A DNA stretch of 64,000 nt from an uncultured Actinomycetes bacterium. Lineage in GTDB: Bacteria > Actinomycetota > Acidimicrobiia > Acidimicrobiales > CAVRDY01. The position numbers and the translations under genes were made by a program. Below are positions 9,335 to 18,534 of this stretch, one piece after another. Positions within the stretch are counted from its first letter, which is position 1, and each line of letters starts with the position of its first letter. The notes below the pieces were generated by a model that did no database searches, was not told the origin of the DNA, and worked only from the letters and a program-made list of their open reading frames with translations. Where the stretch lies: positions 16,335 through 80,334 of the forward strand of contig CAVRDY010000007.1 in NCBI GenBank assembly GCA_963719935.1, in the 5' to 3' direction.

Positions 9335-10213
9335 ATGGCCCCCGTTCGCACGGCTGTGATCCCAGCAGCGGGGCTCGGCACCCGGCTGTTGCCGGCCACC
9401 AAGTCCCTCCCCAAAGAGATGCTCCCGGTGGTGGACAAGCCGGCGATCCAGTACGCGGTGGAAGAGGCCGCGGCGGCGGGAATCGACGATGTGATCATCG
9501 TGACCAGCCGGCACAAGGAGTCGATGGCGGACCACTTCGACCGCACCCTCGAACTCGAGGAGGCCCTCGAACGCAAGGGACGGAGCCAGGACCTGGAGTC
9601 GGTGCGGGCCGTGACCGAGTTGGCCCAGGTGCACCTGGTCCGACAGCCCCAACCCCTGGGCCTCGGGCACGCCGTGGCGGTGGCCCGTCGCCACGTGGGC
9701 GACCGTCCCTTCGCCGTGCTCCTGCCCGACGACCTCGTCGAGAGCCCAGCCGGCCTCGTGGGCATGGTTGAGGCCCACGACTCCCACCAGGCGTCGGTCA
9801 TCGGCCTCATGCGGGCCACGCCCGAACAGCTCACCCAACTCGGCTGCATCGATCCCGAACAGGTCGAGCCGGGGCTGTTCCGGGTGAGGTCGATCGTCGA
9901 GAAGCCTCCCCTGGGAACCGCCCCCTCGGACCTGTCGGTCATCGGCCGGTACGTGTTCACCCCCGAGATCTTCGACGCCATCGACGCCACCGCTCCCGGC
10001 GTCGGCGGCGAGATCCAACTCACCGACGCCATCGGCCTGTTGAACCGCACCCAGCCCGTGCTGGGCTACGAGTTGCCTGTGCGCCGCTTCGACATGGGCA
10101 AGAAGCTGGACTACCTCCAGACGGTGGTCGAGGTGGCCCTGACCCATCCCGAGGTGGGCGATGACTTCCGGTCCTGGCTGGGTGAGCTGGCCCGACGGGA
10201 AGGCCTGGCGTGA
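9335..10213 (+). CDS. galU: UTP--glucose-1-phosphate uridylyltransferase
   Basis: 292-aa ORF. The N-terminus VRTAVIPAAGLGTRLLPATKSLPKEMLPVVDKPAIQY is the GalU signature. Confidence 0.9.
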   Translation: MAPVRTAVIPAAGLGTRLLPATKSLPKEMLPVVDKPAIQYAVEEAAAAGIDDVIIVTSRHKESMADHFDRTLELEEALERKGRSQDLESVRAVTELAQVHLVRQPQPLGLGHAVAVARRHVGDRPFAVLLPDDLVESPAGLVGMVEAHDSHQASVIGLMRATPEQLTQLGCIDPEQVEPGLFRVRSIVEKPPLGTAPSDLSVIGRYVFTPEIFDAIDATAPGVGGEIQLTDAIGLLNRTQPVLGYELPVRRFDMGKKLDYLQTVVEVALTHPEVGDDFRSWLGELARREGLA

Positions 10214-11430
10214 GCCTCGTCCCTCTGGCCGAGGCCAAGGCCCACGTGGCAGCACGCTGCGCTCGCCTGCCGTTGGTGTCCCTGCCGGCTGCCGAAGCCC
10301 TGGGGTTGGTCCTGGCAGCCCCGGTGGTGGCCGGCGAGGACGTACCCCCTTTCGCCAACACCGCCATGGACGGCTTCGCCGTGCAGGCCGCGGACACCGC
10401 CGACGCTCCGGTGACCCTGACCGTGGTGGACACCCTGACCGCGGGCCGTGCCCCCACCCGGACGGTCGGTCCGGGCGAAGCCGTGCGGATCATGACCGGC
10501 GCTCCCATACCCGAGGGGGCCGACGCGGTGGTGATGGTCGAGCGCACCCACCCCGGCGAGGGAGACGACGGCTCCCGGGTGGTCATCGAGGTGCCGGCCG
10601 CGGTCGGGGACAACATCCGGGGGATCGGCGACGACGTGCGTGTGGGCACAGAGGTCCTGGCTGCGGGCACCCGGCTCGGCCCCGCGCAGCTGGGTGTGCT
10701 GGCGATGTTGGGCGTGGAAGTGGTCGAGGTGGTGCGCCGGGTCAGGGTGGGCGTCTTGTCCACCGGTGACGAGTTGGTGGCCGCCGGCGTTGCCCTGGCC
10801 CCGGGTCAGATCCGTGACTCCAACCGGGCGGCGCTGTTGGCGGCGGTGGCCGCTGCGGGCGTTGAGCCCGTCGACCTGGGCTGGTGCCCCGACCAGGATG
10901 AGGCCATCGAGGAGACGGTGCGCCGGGGGTGTGCCACCTGTGACGCCGTGCTGTCCAGTGGCGGGGTGAGCATGGGCGACGTCGACCTCGTGAAGGTGGT
11001 CCTGGATCGCATCGGCGAGATGCGCTGGATGCAGTTGGCGATCAAGCCGGCCAAGCCCTTCGCCTTCGGAGTGGTCGAGGGCGTTCCCGTGTTCGGCCTG
11101 CCGGGCAACCCGGTGTCGTCGCTGGTGTCCTTCGAGCTGCTGGCCCGCCCCGCCCTTCGGGCCATGATGGGCCACCCCCACCCCGAGCGGTGGCAGTTGC
11201 GGGCGGTCGCCGACCAGGGTCTGGCCCGGCGCGCCGACGGCAAGACCCACTTCGTGCGGGTCCTGGTCGACCACGACCCCGAAGGCACCCTGCACGTGCG
11301 GTCCTCGGGGGGCCAGGGTTCACACCAACTGGGGGCCATGGCTCGGGCCCAGGGTCTGGCCGTGCTGCCCGACGGCGAGGCGGTGGCCCCGGGGGCCGAA
11401 GTCCGGGTCATGCTGCTCGACGCCGAGTGA
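10210..11430 (+). CDS. moeA: Molybdopterin molybdotransferase MoeA
   Basis: 406-aa ORF with MoeA-typical motifs (FANTAMDGFAV, GAPIPEGADAVV, SGGVSMGDVD, GLPGNPVSS). GTGA overlap with galU. Confidence 0.9.
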   Translation: MSLVPLAEAKAHVAARCARLPLVSLPAAEALGLVLAAPVVAGEDVPPFANTAMDGFAVQAADTADAPVTLTVVDTLTAGRAPTRTVGPGEAVRIMTGAPIPEGADAVVMVERTHPGEGDDGSRVVIEVPAAVGDNIRGIGDDVRVGTEVLAAGTRLGPAQLGVLAMLGVEVVEVVRRVRVGVLSTGDELVAAGVALAPGQIRDSNRAALLAAVAAAGVEPVDLGWCPDQDEAIEETVRRGCATCDAVLSSGGVSMGDVDLVKVVLDRIGEMRWMQLAIKPAKPFAFGVVEGVPVFGLPGNPVSSLVSFELLARPALRAMMGHPHPERWQLRAVADQGLARRADGKTHFVRVLVDHDPEGTLHVRSSGGQGSHQLGAMARAQGLAVLPDGEAVAPGAEVRVMLLDAE

Positions 11431-11471
11431 GAGGTTGCCCGGCTCGCGCAGGTACCCCGTATCCTGGCGAG

Positions 11472-12476
11472 GTGGTCGCCTCCCCGGGCTCCGGGCCCGC
11501 ACCCCTGGTCGACGGCTTCGGGCGGGTTCACCGCGACCTGCGCATCTCGGTCACCGACCGGTGCAACTTCCGCTGCACCTACTGCATGCCCGCCGAGGGT
11601 GTCGAGTGGCTTCCCCGCCCCGATCTGTTGACCTACGAAGAGACAGAGCGCATCGCCCGTCTGCTGGTCGAGCGCTTCGGATTCGACTGCATCCGCCTCA
11701 CCGGTGGTGAGCCGACCGTGAGGGCCCGCCTGCCGGTGCTGATCGCCAAGTTGGCCCGCCTCGGAGTGGATCTGGCCCTCACCACCAACGGGGCCACGCT
11801 GGCCACGATGGCCGAGGACCTGGCCACCGCGGGGTTGCGGCGGATCAACGTCTCGCTGGACAGCCTCAGGCCCGACCGCTTCCTGGCCATCACCCGGCGT
11901 GACGCCCTCGACACCGTGGTGGCCGGCATCGAGGCCGCTGTGGTGGCGGGCCTGGACCCGGTGAAGGTGAACGTCGTGGTCACCCGGGGCGTCAACGACG
12001 ACGAGGTCGTGGACTTCGCACGGTTCGGGCGCGACCGGGGTGTCGAGGTGCGCTTCATCGAGTACATGCCCCTGGACGCCTCCGAGCGCTGGCAGGCCGA
12101 GCAGGTGGTTCCCTCCGCCGAAGTGGTGGGCCGTATCGCCGAGGTGTTCCCGGTCGAGGGTGTGGCGCGGGGCCACGAACCCGCAGAACGGTTCCGCTAC
12201 CTCGACGGAGCCGGCTCCTTCGGGGTCATCGGCAGTGTCACCGAGCCGTTCTGTGGATCCTGTGACCGGGTGCGCCTCAGCGCCGAGGGCCGTCTGCGGG
12301 CCTGCCTGTTCGCCCTGGAGGAGCACGATCTGCGCGGTCCCCTGCGCGACGGCGCCGACGACGACGAGTTGGCCACGATGATCGCCGCAGTGGTGGCCGG
12401 AAAGTGGGCCGGGCACGGCATCGGCCGCGTCGATTTCATCCGCCCGGCGAAGTCCATGAGCCAGATCGGCGGCTGA
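11472..12476 (+). CDS. moaA: GTP 3',8-cyclase MoaA (radical SAM)
   Basis: In-frame GTG at 11472 after the moeA stop. LVDGFGRVHRDLRISVTDRCNFRCTYCMP carries the CxxxCxxC radical-SAM cluster. C-terminal CGSCDRVRLSAEGRLRACLF. Confidence 0.9.
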   Translation: MVASPGSGPAPLVDGFGRVHRDLRISVTDRCNFRCTYCMPAEGVEWLPRPDLLTYEETERIARLLVERFGFDCIRLTGGEPTVRARLPVLIAKLARLGVDLALTTNGATLATMAEDLATAGLRRINVSLDSLRPDRFLAITRRDALDTVVAGIEAAVVAGLDPVKVNVVVTRGVNDDEVVDFARFGRDRGVEVRFIEYMPLDASERWQAEQVVPSAEVVGRIAEVFPVEGVARGHEPAERFRYLDGAGSFGVIGSVTEPFCGSCDRVRLSAEGRLRACLFALEEHDLRGPLRDGADDDELATMIAAVVAGKWAGHGIGRVDFIRPAKSMSQIGG

Positions 12477-12580
12477 GAGGCTGAGCGAGTCGGCGCAGCC
12501 GTAGCTCCGGTCACGCGCCGGGCTCGCCTCTCGACCGGGGACCGGGGGCCCGGGGCCCGGGGCGCCTACACTCGCCACCC

Positions 12581-13207
12581 ATGTCCGAGCGCGCGCTGAC
12601 CCATCTCGATCCGCTCGGTCGCGCGCGCATGGTCGACGTGACCCCCAAAGAGCCCACGCACCGCCGGGCGGTTGCCCGGGGTCGGGTCAACATGCGGCCC
12701 GAGACGGCTTCGATGGTGGCCAAGGGGGCCGTCGCCAAAGGCGATGTCCTCGCTGTGGCCCGGGTGGCGGGCATCCAGGCCGCCAAGCGGACCTCCGAGC
12801 TCATCCCCCTGTGCCACCCCTTGCTCGTGGGCGCGGTGCTGATCAATTTCGAGCTCCACGACGACTGGATCGAGGTCGAGGCCCACGTGGACACCGTCGA
12901 CCGCACCGGCGTCGAGATGGAGGCGCTCACGGCCTGCTCGGTGGCCTGCCTGACCATCTACGACATGTGCAAGTCCGCCGACCGGGGCATGGAGATCGGT
13001 GAGATCGCCCTCTGGGAGAAGTCGGGGGGTCGGTCGGGCACCTACCGGCGGTCCGACGCGAACGGCAGCTCCGATTCCCCGGATTCCGACGCTGCCGGGG
13101 AATCCGGCACAGCTGCGGGCAGCGGTGCCACCGGCCGGACCGGCCCCGCCCTCGACGCAGCCATCGACGCGGCGCTGGGCCAGCGCTTGGACGTCACCGC
13201 GGACTGA
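12581..13207 (+). CDS. moaC: Cyclic pyranopterin monophosphate synthase MoaC, with a low-complexity C-terminal extension
   Basis: LTHLDPLGRARMVDV...AKRTSELIPLCHPL...VDRTGVEMEALTACSVACLTIYDMCK is the MoaC signature. Confidence 0.9.
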   Translation: MSERALTHLDPLGRARMVDVTPKEPTHRRAVARGRVNMRPETASMVAKGAVAKGDVLAVARVAGIQAAKRTSELIPLCHPLLVGAVLINFELHDDWIEVEAHVDTVDRTGVEMEALTACSVACLTIYDMCKSADRGMEIGEIALWEKSGGRSGTYRRSDANGSSDSPDSDAAGESGTAAGSGATGRTGPALDAAIDAALGQRLDVTAD

Positions 13208-13506
13208 TCCGGGCTGGGCCCGGGTCTCTGTCTGTCCCCAAGCCCGTCCCCAGGGGGTGTGGTGACCAAGGTCACATCTGTGGACGACCCGGCTGACCTG
13301 GGATTCCTCTGAACTCCCGGGTTGGACCTGTGCCAGGGCCCTTGCCCGGACCTTCGAAGGCAGGCAGAGTGGGGGCTCCGGGTGGCAGCTGCCACCGGTT
13401 CGTAGTAGAAACTTCATATTCGTCAAGCGACCGTCATGGTTCGGGGTATCCACCACCTGTCGATTCCCCGGAGGTACGGTCCCGAGAGGAAGTAGGGCTT
13501 CGGGGC

Positions 13507-14163
13507 GTGACGCTGGTGGTTCTCTTCATACTCGGTTTGGTCTGGACGGCTTACCTGCTGTCGTTCCTGCGCAACCAGGCGCGGGTGCGTTCGGCCAACT
13601 CGGTCTCGTCGTTCACCAAGCATCTCGAGGTGCTCGACCGGGCCCGGCCCGCCGCCGGGCTCGCTCCGGTCCCCAAGGTTCCCGTCGTTCGGGCCCCGGT
13701 GGTGCTGCGCCCCGATCCGCTGGTCAGGCCCCCCAAGGTGCGGGGTCTGCTCGGAGGTCAGCCGATAACCGTCGACGATGCCCGCCGCCGCCGCGGAGAG
13801 GTGCTGCGACTCCTGGTGGCGGTAACGGTTGCCGCCGTCGCGGGATCAGCGGCAGTCGGCGGCCCGGTCGTCTACGCCGCCTTCGGTGCGGGCACGATGC
13901 TGTCTGCGTATGTTCTCCTGCTCGTCCGGGCCCAGAAGCTGGCCACACAGAGAGCCGAGCGCGTCCACTACCTGGACCTGCGACACGTAGGCGCCCACGA
14001 GCACCACGCTGGCTGGGACTCCGCGTGGGACGGCGACCCGGATGGCGAGTGGGACGAAGAGTGGGACGAAGAGTGGAGCGAGGACTGGGACACCTGGCCC
14101 GAGGCATGGGACGAGGCGCCCGCCCCCGCCGAGATCGCCCCCGTGTACCGCCTGGCCCGCTGA
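13507..14163 (+). CDS. Hypothetical single-pass membrane protein with Trp/acidic repeat tail
   Basis: In-frame GTG at 13507, preceded by gagaggaag (SD-like). N-terminal TM TLVVLFILGLVWTAYLLSFL and a second hydrophobic stretch VAVTVAAVAGSAAVGGPVVYAAFGAGTMLSAYVLLLV. No family recognised. Confidence 0.5.
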   Translation: MTLVVLFILGLVWTAYLLSFLRNQARVRSANSVSSFTKHLEVLDRARPAAGLAPVPKVPVVRAPVVLRPDPLVRPPKVRGLLGGQPITVDDARRRRGEVLRLLVAVTVAAVAGSAAVGGPVVYAAFGAGTMLSAYVLLLVRAQKLATQRAERVHYLDLRHVGAHEHHAGWDSAWDGDPDGEWDEEWDEEWSEDWDTWPEAWDEAPAPAEIAPVYRLAR

Positions 14164-14164
14164 G

Positions 14165-14797
14165 GTGCCCTCACCGCGACGGGCGGAACTGAGCCAACTG
14201 ACCGAGGTCCTGCGTGCCGACCTGGACGCGGCACACGCGGCTCGAGAACGGGCCCTGCCCAGTTGCCGGGTGACCATCCGCCACTGTGGCTCCGCCATCC
14301 GGGCGGTGCACCGCCTCGAATGGGACCGGGCCCAACAGCTGACCGAAGAAGCGGCCAGCGAGTTGAGCCGCGCCCAGGATGCGCTGGCACCCCACCCCGA
14401 GCTGGCCCGCGCCGGGTTCCTGGGCGATGCCGAGAAGGAGTACGCAGAGGCCCGCCTGACCCTGGCCCTGGTCGGTGGTCACCCGCTCCCGTCAGCCGGC
14501 GACCTCGGCGTGCACCACGCCTCGTGGCTCAAGGGGCTGGCCGAAGCGGCCAGCGAGCTGCGCCGCCACCTCCTCGACCGGCTCCGGTCCGGTGAGCTCG
14601 GCCGGGGCGAGGAGCTGCTCGAGGTTATGGACGACGTGTACGACACCCTCATGACCCTCGACTACCCCGATGCCCTGACCGTGGGGCTGCGTCGCAGCGT
14701 GGATGCCCTGCGGGCAGTGCTGGAGCGCACCCGGGGTGATGTCACCACGACGGTGCTCCAGGCCCGGTTGCAGGCTGCCCTCGAGGCCCGCGCCTGA
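14165..14797 (+). CDS. Translin-family-like protein (helical; putative RNA/ssDNA binding)
   Basis: In-frame GTG at 14165. The pattern EKEYAEARL...ASWLKGLAEAASELRRHLLDRLRSGE...EELLEVMDDVYDTLMTLDYPDAL...LRRSVDALR resembles the translin fold signature (Y-x2-G-x2-D/E-x2-GEL-R-like). The assignment is from memory of the family. Confidence 0.5.
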   Translation: MPSPRRAELSQLTEVLRADLDAAHAARERALPSCRVTIRHCGSAIRAVHRLEWDRAQQLTEEAASELSRAQDALAPHPELARAGFLGDAEKEYAEARLTLALVGGHPLPSAGDLGVHHASWLKGLAEAASELRRHLLDRLRSGELGRGEELLEVMDDVYDTLMTLDYPDALTVGLRRSVDALRAVLERTRGDVTTTVLQARLQAALEARA

Positions 14798-14825
14798 GCC
14801 GGTCAGGGCGTGTGGCGGGGGCTGG

Positions 14826-15758
14826 TCAGGGAATCAGGCGTAGCACCTCGGTGCCCAGTAGGCGCAGGTGGTCGAGGTCGTCGAGGTCGAGCACCTGGAG
14901 GTAGACGCGGCGGGCCCCGACCTCGGCGAAGGACGCCAGGCGGTCGAGGACCTCGGGGGGCCGGCCGCACAAGCCGTTGGCCCGCAGATCCTCCACCGGG
15001 CGCCCTATCGCGCCGGCCCGCCGGGCCACCGCAGCCTCGTCCTCACCGCAGCACACCACCAAGGCCACCGACAGCACCAGGTCATCGGGGTCGCGGCCGA
15101 TGGTGTCGCAGGCCTCCCGGGCCCGTTCGGCGTGGGTCACGAAGTGCTCCAGGGGCACGAAGGGCTGGTTGTACTCGGCGGCGTGGCGGGCGGCCAGGGC
15201 GGGGGTGCGGCGCGGTCCCAACCCGCCCAGGATCACCGGGGGTCCGCCGGGCTGGGCGGGCTTGGGGAGAGCGGGTGAATCCTGGAGTGTGTAGTGGGTG
15301 CCCGCGAAGGAGTAGGGGGTTCCGGGGGGCGTGGCCCACATGCCCCGCAGGACCTCGAGGTGCTCTTCGAGCATGGCGAAGCGCTGGGGGAGGGGAGGGA
15401 AGGGGATGGCGTAGGCGTTGTGCTCACCTTCGTACCAGCCGGTGCCCAGGCCCAGCTCGACCCGGCCCCCACTCATCTGGTCGACCTGGGCGACCGAGAT
15501 GGCCAGCGGACCGGGATGCCGGAAGGTGACCGAGGTGACCAGGGTGCCCAGGCGGATCCGCTCGGTCTCCCTGGCAAGTGCTCCCAGAGTGACCCAGGAG
15601 TCGGTGGGGCCCGGAAGGCCCGAACCCTCACCCATGGCCAGGTAGTGGTCGGAGCGGAAGAAGGCATCGAATCCCTCCTGCTCGGCGGTCAGGGCCGCGG
15701 CCAACTGCTGGTCGTAGGTGGCACCCTGCTGGGGCTCGACGAAGATCCGCAGGTCCAT
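14826..15758 (-). CDS. LLM-class F420-dependent oxidoreductase
   Basis: 310-aa ORF. MDLRIFVEPQQGATYDQ...FRSDHY...RIRLGTLVTSVTFRHPGPLA...GRVELGLGTGW is typical of luciferase-like F420 enzymes. Confidence 0.85.
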   Translation of the reverse strand: MDLRIFVEPQQGATYDQQLAAALTAEQEGFDAFFRSDHYLAMGEGSGLPGPTDSWVTLGALARETERIRLGTLVTSVTFRHPGPLAISVAQVDQMSGGRVELGLGTGWYEGEHNAYAIPFPPLPQRFAMLEEHLEVLRGMWATPPGTPYSFAGTHYTLQDSPALPKPAQPGGPPVILGGLGPRRTPALAARHAAEYNQPFVPLEHFVTHAERAREACDTIGRDPDDLVLSVALVVCCGEDEAAVARRAGAIGRPVEDLRANGLCGRPPEVLDRLASFAEVGARRVYLQVLDLDDLDHLRLLGTEVLRLIP

Positions 15759-15883
15759 GGCCGCACCCTAGCGAGGGTTGTCCACGTCCCGGCCGGCGCC
15801 GTCCCGGATCTGATCGTTCCCGGGTGGGTGAGGAACCCGGGTGGGTAGGTCCCCGGGGCGGCGCTATCCTGCGGTTTCCCTGC

Positions 15884-15957
15884 GGGGGTGTAGCTCAGCT
15901 GGCTAGAGCGCTTCGGTCGCATCGAAGAGGCCGTGGGTTCGAATCCCATCACCTCCA
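15884..15957 (+). tRNA. tRNA-Ala (anticodon CGC)
   Basis: Manual cloverleaf: acceptor GGGGGTG/CACCTCC with the G3:U70 Ala identity pair, D-arm GCTC..GAGC, anticodon stem CTTCG/CGAAG with loop GT-CGC-AT, T-arm GTGGG-TTCGAAT-CCCAT, discriminator A. CCA is not encoded. Confidence 0.9.
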
Positions 15958-16324
15958 CTGGTCGTTGTGGATTTCACAACGTTGCGCTGCCCAAAGGCGG
16001 GTTCGCCCCGGGGGCGATCAGGACCGGACGGGCCGCCCGCCTGGTTCCGCCGTCCGCGGCTCATCCGCGCGGTGGTCGATGACGTTGTGCGGAGGCGGAT
16101 ACCTTCCGGCGGGCAGACTGGGTGCTCCAGGGGATCCTTCCGCTCTGGCTACGGCCCAACGCCTGAGCCTGCTGCTTGGTCCCCTCGACCACATGGGAGT
16201 CGAGCTGGTCCGAGACATTCGGCGCCCGCCACCGTTTCCGGGCTTGAGATCCAAGGCGCCTAGACAGGGGCGCCGGGTCTGGCGGACGAGATCGCGGCCG
16301 GGCGCCCAGCGCAAACCGCGGGAC

Positions 16325-17596
16325 TCAACCCGCGGTCCAGAGCGATGACATGGGTAACGACATGAGGTTCGGACCGAACGATCGGGGCCGATCTCCACAG
16401 TGCAACACGACGCCGGCGACGAACGACTTCCCAAGATGTCGTTGCAGTGAGCGAAGTCCGGCGAAATCCTCCTCTCGGACATCGATGGCGGCCTTGACCT
16501 CGACGCCCGCCACGCGGCCGTCTGGTGTCTCGAGCAAGAGATCGACTTCGACGCCGCTGCGGTCTCGCCAGTGGAACAGGGCCGCCTCCTGATCGGACCA
16601 TGTCAGCTGCCTCGCCAGCTCGCCGGCCACGAAGCTCTCGAGCAGTTGACCCGAGTGCACCGCGGTGGGCCGAGCCAACCCGTCGGCATCGGTGCCCAGA
16701 AGGTAGGCGGCTAGGCCTGAGTCAACGATGTGGACCTTCGGACGGTGGACGACCTTCGACGTGAGGTTCCGCGACCAGGCCGGAACGAGATGGTGAAGGT
16801 AGATGGTCTCCAGCAGCGGGAGATATCGCCGCAGCGTTGCGGCCGGGATCCCGATCTCCCGGCCGATGTCCGCCGCGTTCAGCTCCCTGGCAGTCCGCGC
16901 GGCAATGAGACCAACGATGGATCGAAGGCTCTGCTTGTGCTGGAGGTCGGCGAGCTCGCGGACGTCCTTCATGGTCACCGTGCGAACGTAGTCAGCTAGG
17001 AACTCGCGGCGGTCGGTGAGCGTGTCGGCGAGCACGGCCTCCGGGAACCCTCCTCTGCACACCCGCTCGAAGATCTCTCGGCGCGACAGCGGCGGATGCG
17101 CTACAAGGCGGAGCTGGCCGGCATCTTGGAGGAGCACATCGATGAAGCGGTCCGGTGACGCGTCGATCTCGCCCTGGGAGAGCGGCCACATGTCGACGAA
17201 CCGCACTCGGCCTGCGAGCGACTCGGACAGGCGTGGCTCGGTGAGGAACCTCGTCGAACCAGCAAGAACGAATCGACCACGCGTCGGCTGTCGGTCGACC
17301 TCCGCCTTGACCGCGAGCACGAGCGGGTCACCCCCGCGCTGCACCTCATCGATGAAGAGGGGTTCGTCGAACCCGGTCACGAACCCGGTGGGGTCGGTCC
17401 GGGCTGAGCGCAGGTCGGCGGTGCGATCGAGGCTCACATACGTCCCGCCGAGTGTCCGGTGGAGCACGCCGAGTACCGACGTCTTGCCAACCTGACGCGG
17501 ACCGTTGATGACCAGAACCCGAGCAGCCTTCAGCCGCCGTTCGGCCAGACCGACCGCACGTCGAGCGATGAACCGCTCGGGAAGCTCGATCGTCAC
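16325..17596 (-). CDS. AAA-family ATPase with DUF4143 C-terminal domain
   Basis: 423-aa ORF. Walker A VINGPRQVGKTS and Walker B LFIDEVQ. Overall layout matches AAA_14 + DUF4143 proteins. Confidence 0.85.
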   Translation of the reverse strand: MTIELPERFIARRAVGLAERRLKAARVLVINGPRQVGKTSVLGVLHRTLGGTYVSLDRTADLRSARTDPTGFVTGFDEPLFIDEVQRGGDPLVLAVKAEVDRQPTRGRFVLAGSTRFLTEPRLSESLAGRVRFVDMWPLSQGEIDASPDRFIDVLLQDAGQLRLVAHPPLSRREIFERVCRGGFPEAVLADTLTDRREFLADYVRTVTMKDVRELADLQHKQSLRSIVGLIAARTARELNAADIGREIGIPAATLRRYLPLLETIYLHHLVPAWSRNLTSKVVHRPKVHIVDSGLAAYLLGTDADGLARPTAVHSGQLLESFVAGELARQLTWSDQEAALFHWRDRSGVEVDLLLETPDGRVAGVEVKAAIDVREEDFAGLRSLQRHLGKSFVAGVVLHCGDRPRSFGPNLMSLPMSSLWTAG

Positions 17597-17787
17597 GTCC
17601 GTACTCTAACGAATGATTCGTCCCCTCGTGTGTGAGCGAAACGTCCCCAATGTCCGTTCAAAATACAGTGGAGAATATCGACAATACATCGGGGTCGGGG
17701 TTCGAGAGTAGTCTCATCAGGTCCAGGTCTCAGGTGCCGTCGCTGCGTTGACGATGTGTCGCATCACATCGAAGGCTGCGACCGACC

Positions 17788-18168
17788 TCACACGTCGATG
17801 AGCGGCAGCTGGGGGTCGAGCCGACGGAGGTCGTCACGATCCGATGTGACCACCGCATGACCCGCGCGGTGGGCGCAGACCACGACGTGCGCATCCGCGA
17901 GATCTGCCGTACCCGTGGCGGCCAGTAGCTGCCCGACCAAGGAGGCGTTCGCTCGATCCAGTGCAACCGTCTTGGTTCGCGGCTGTCGGAGCAGCCTCAT
18001 CAAGCCAACCTGGCGCGCCGGCACCCGAACCACCTGTGCGAGTGCAGTGGCCGGCACGATCACCTCAGCACCGAGCTCTTGTGCACGGACCAGCAGCGCA
18101 ACGACCCGCCGATCGTTTCGTTCGAGCGCTATCAGTCCCCCTGCGTCGAGCGTTATCCCGTTGCTCAT
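17788..18168 (-). CDS. vapC: PIN-domain ribonuclease toxin (VapC-like)
   Basis: 126 aa. Acidic PIN residues lie in LDAGGLIALE...TSDRDDLRRLD. There is a 4-bp overlap with the upstream small RHH-like gene. Confidence 0.75.
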   Translation of the reverse strand: MSNGITLDAGGLIALERNDRRVVALLVRAQELGAEVIVPATALAQVVRVPARQVGLMRLLRQPRTKTVALDRANASLVGQLLAATGTADLADAHVVVCAHRAGHAVVTSDRDDLRRLDPQLPLIDV

Positions 18169-18416
18169 GCGACCGAGCGCGTCGCAGAGGCCAGGACCTC
18201 GTCAGCCCATGCTCGCTCCTCGGCGGAGAGCGGGCCACCGCTCACGGCGAGCGCTTCATCGAGCGTCCGCTGCCACCCTGCGACGTCGTCGAGCACGACA
18301 CCGACGGCGTGCTGCACGAAGCCGGACACCGAAGCCGCCTTGCCGTGCGCCACGAGGTGTCGCATCGCTTCGAGCTGCTCCTCTGGAACCGTGACGGTCA
18401 CCTTCACCGATGCCAT
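18165..18416 (-). CDS. Type II antitoxin (ribbon-helix-helix-like) partner of the PIN toxin
   Basis: The internal ATG (MASVKVTVTVPEEQLEAMRHLV...) gives an 83-aa protein. The beta-strand then helix N-terminus is typical of RHH/CopG antitoxins. Overlaps vapC by 4 bp. Confidence 0.65.
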   Translation of the reverse strand: MASVKVTVTVPEEQLEAMRHLVAHGKAASVSGFVQHAVGVVLDDVAGWQRTLDEALAVSGGPLSAEERAWADEVLASATRSVA

Positions 18417-18534
18417 ACCGATGACCATAGTCCTCCACTGGACCCCCACGCACCGCAGCCTGCTCTGGGGACCAGGGCAAGCAGGGCTGGGGGAGGGTGG
18501 GCGTACATCCGCGATGCATTGGTATGGTCGGCCG

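Noticed and set aside
11431-12580. Molybdenum-cofactor riboswitch upstream of moaA or moaC.
   Set aside because: The moeA-moaA gap is only about 40 nt. I could not recognise the conserved Moco-motif helices in the 104-nt moaA-moaC gap, only G/C-rich runs. An Rfam scan would be needed for a definitive answer.
12511-13456. Minus-strand ORFs (148 and 296 aa) across moaC.
   Set aside because: They are antisense to the clearly identified moaC gene and have no motifs.
15958-16324. Integrase gene or remnant expected next to tRNA-Ala.
   Set aside because: None of the six frames gives a tyrosine-recombinase-like sequence (no R..H-x-x-R..Y pattern). Only short Arg/Pro-rich ORFs are present.
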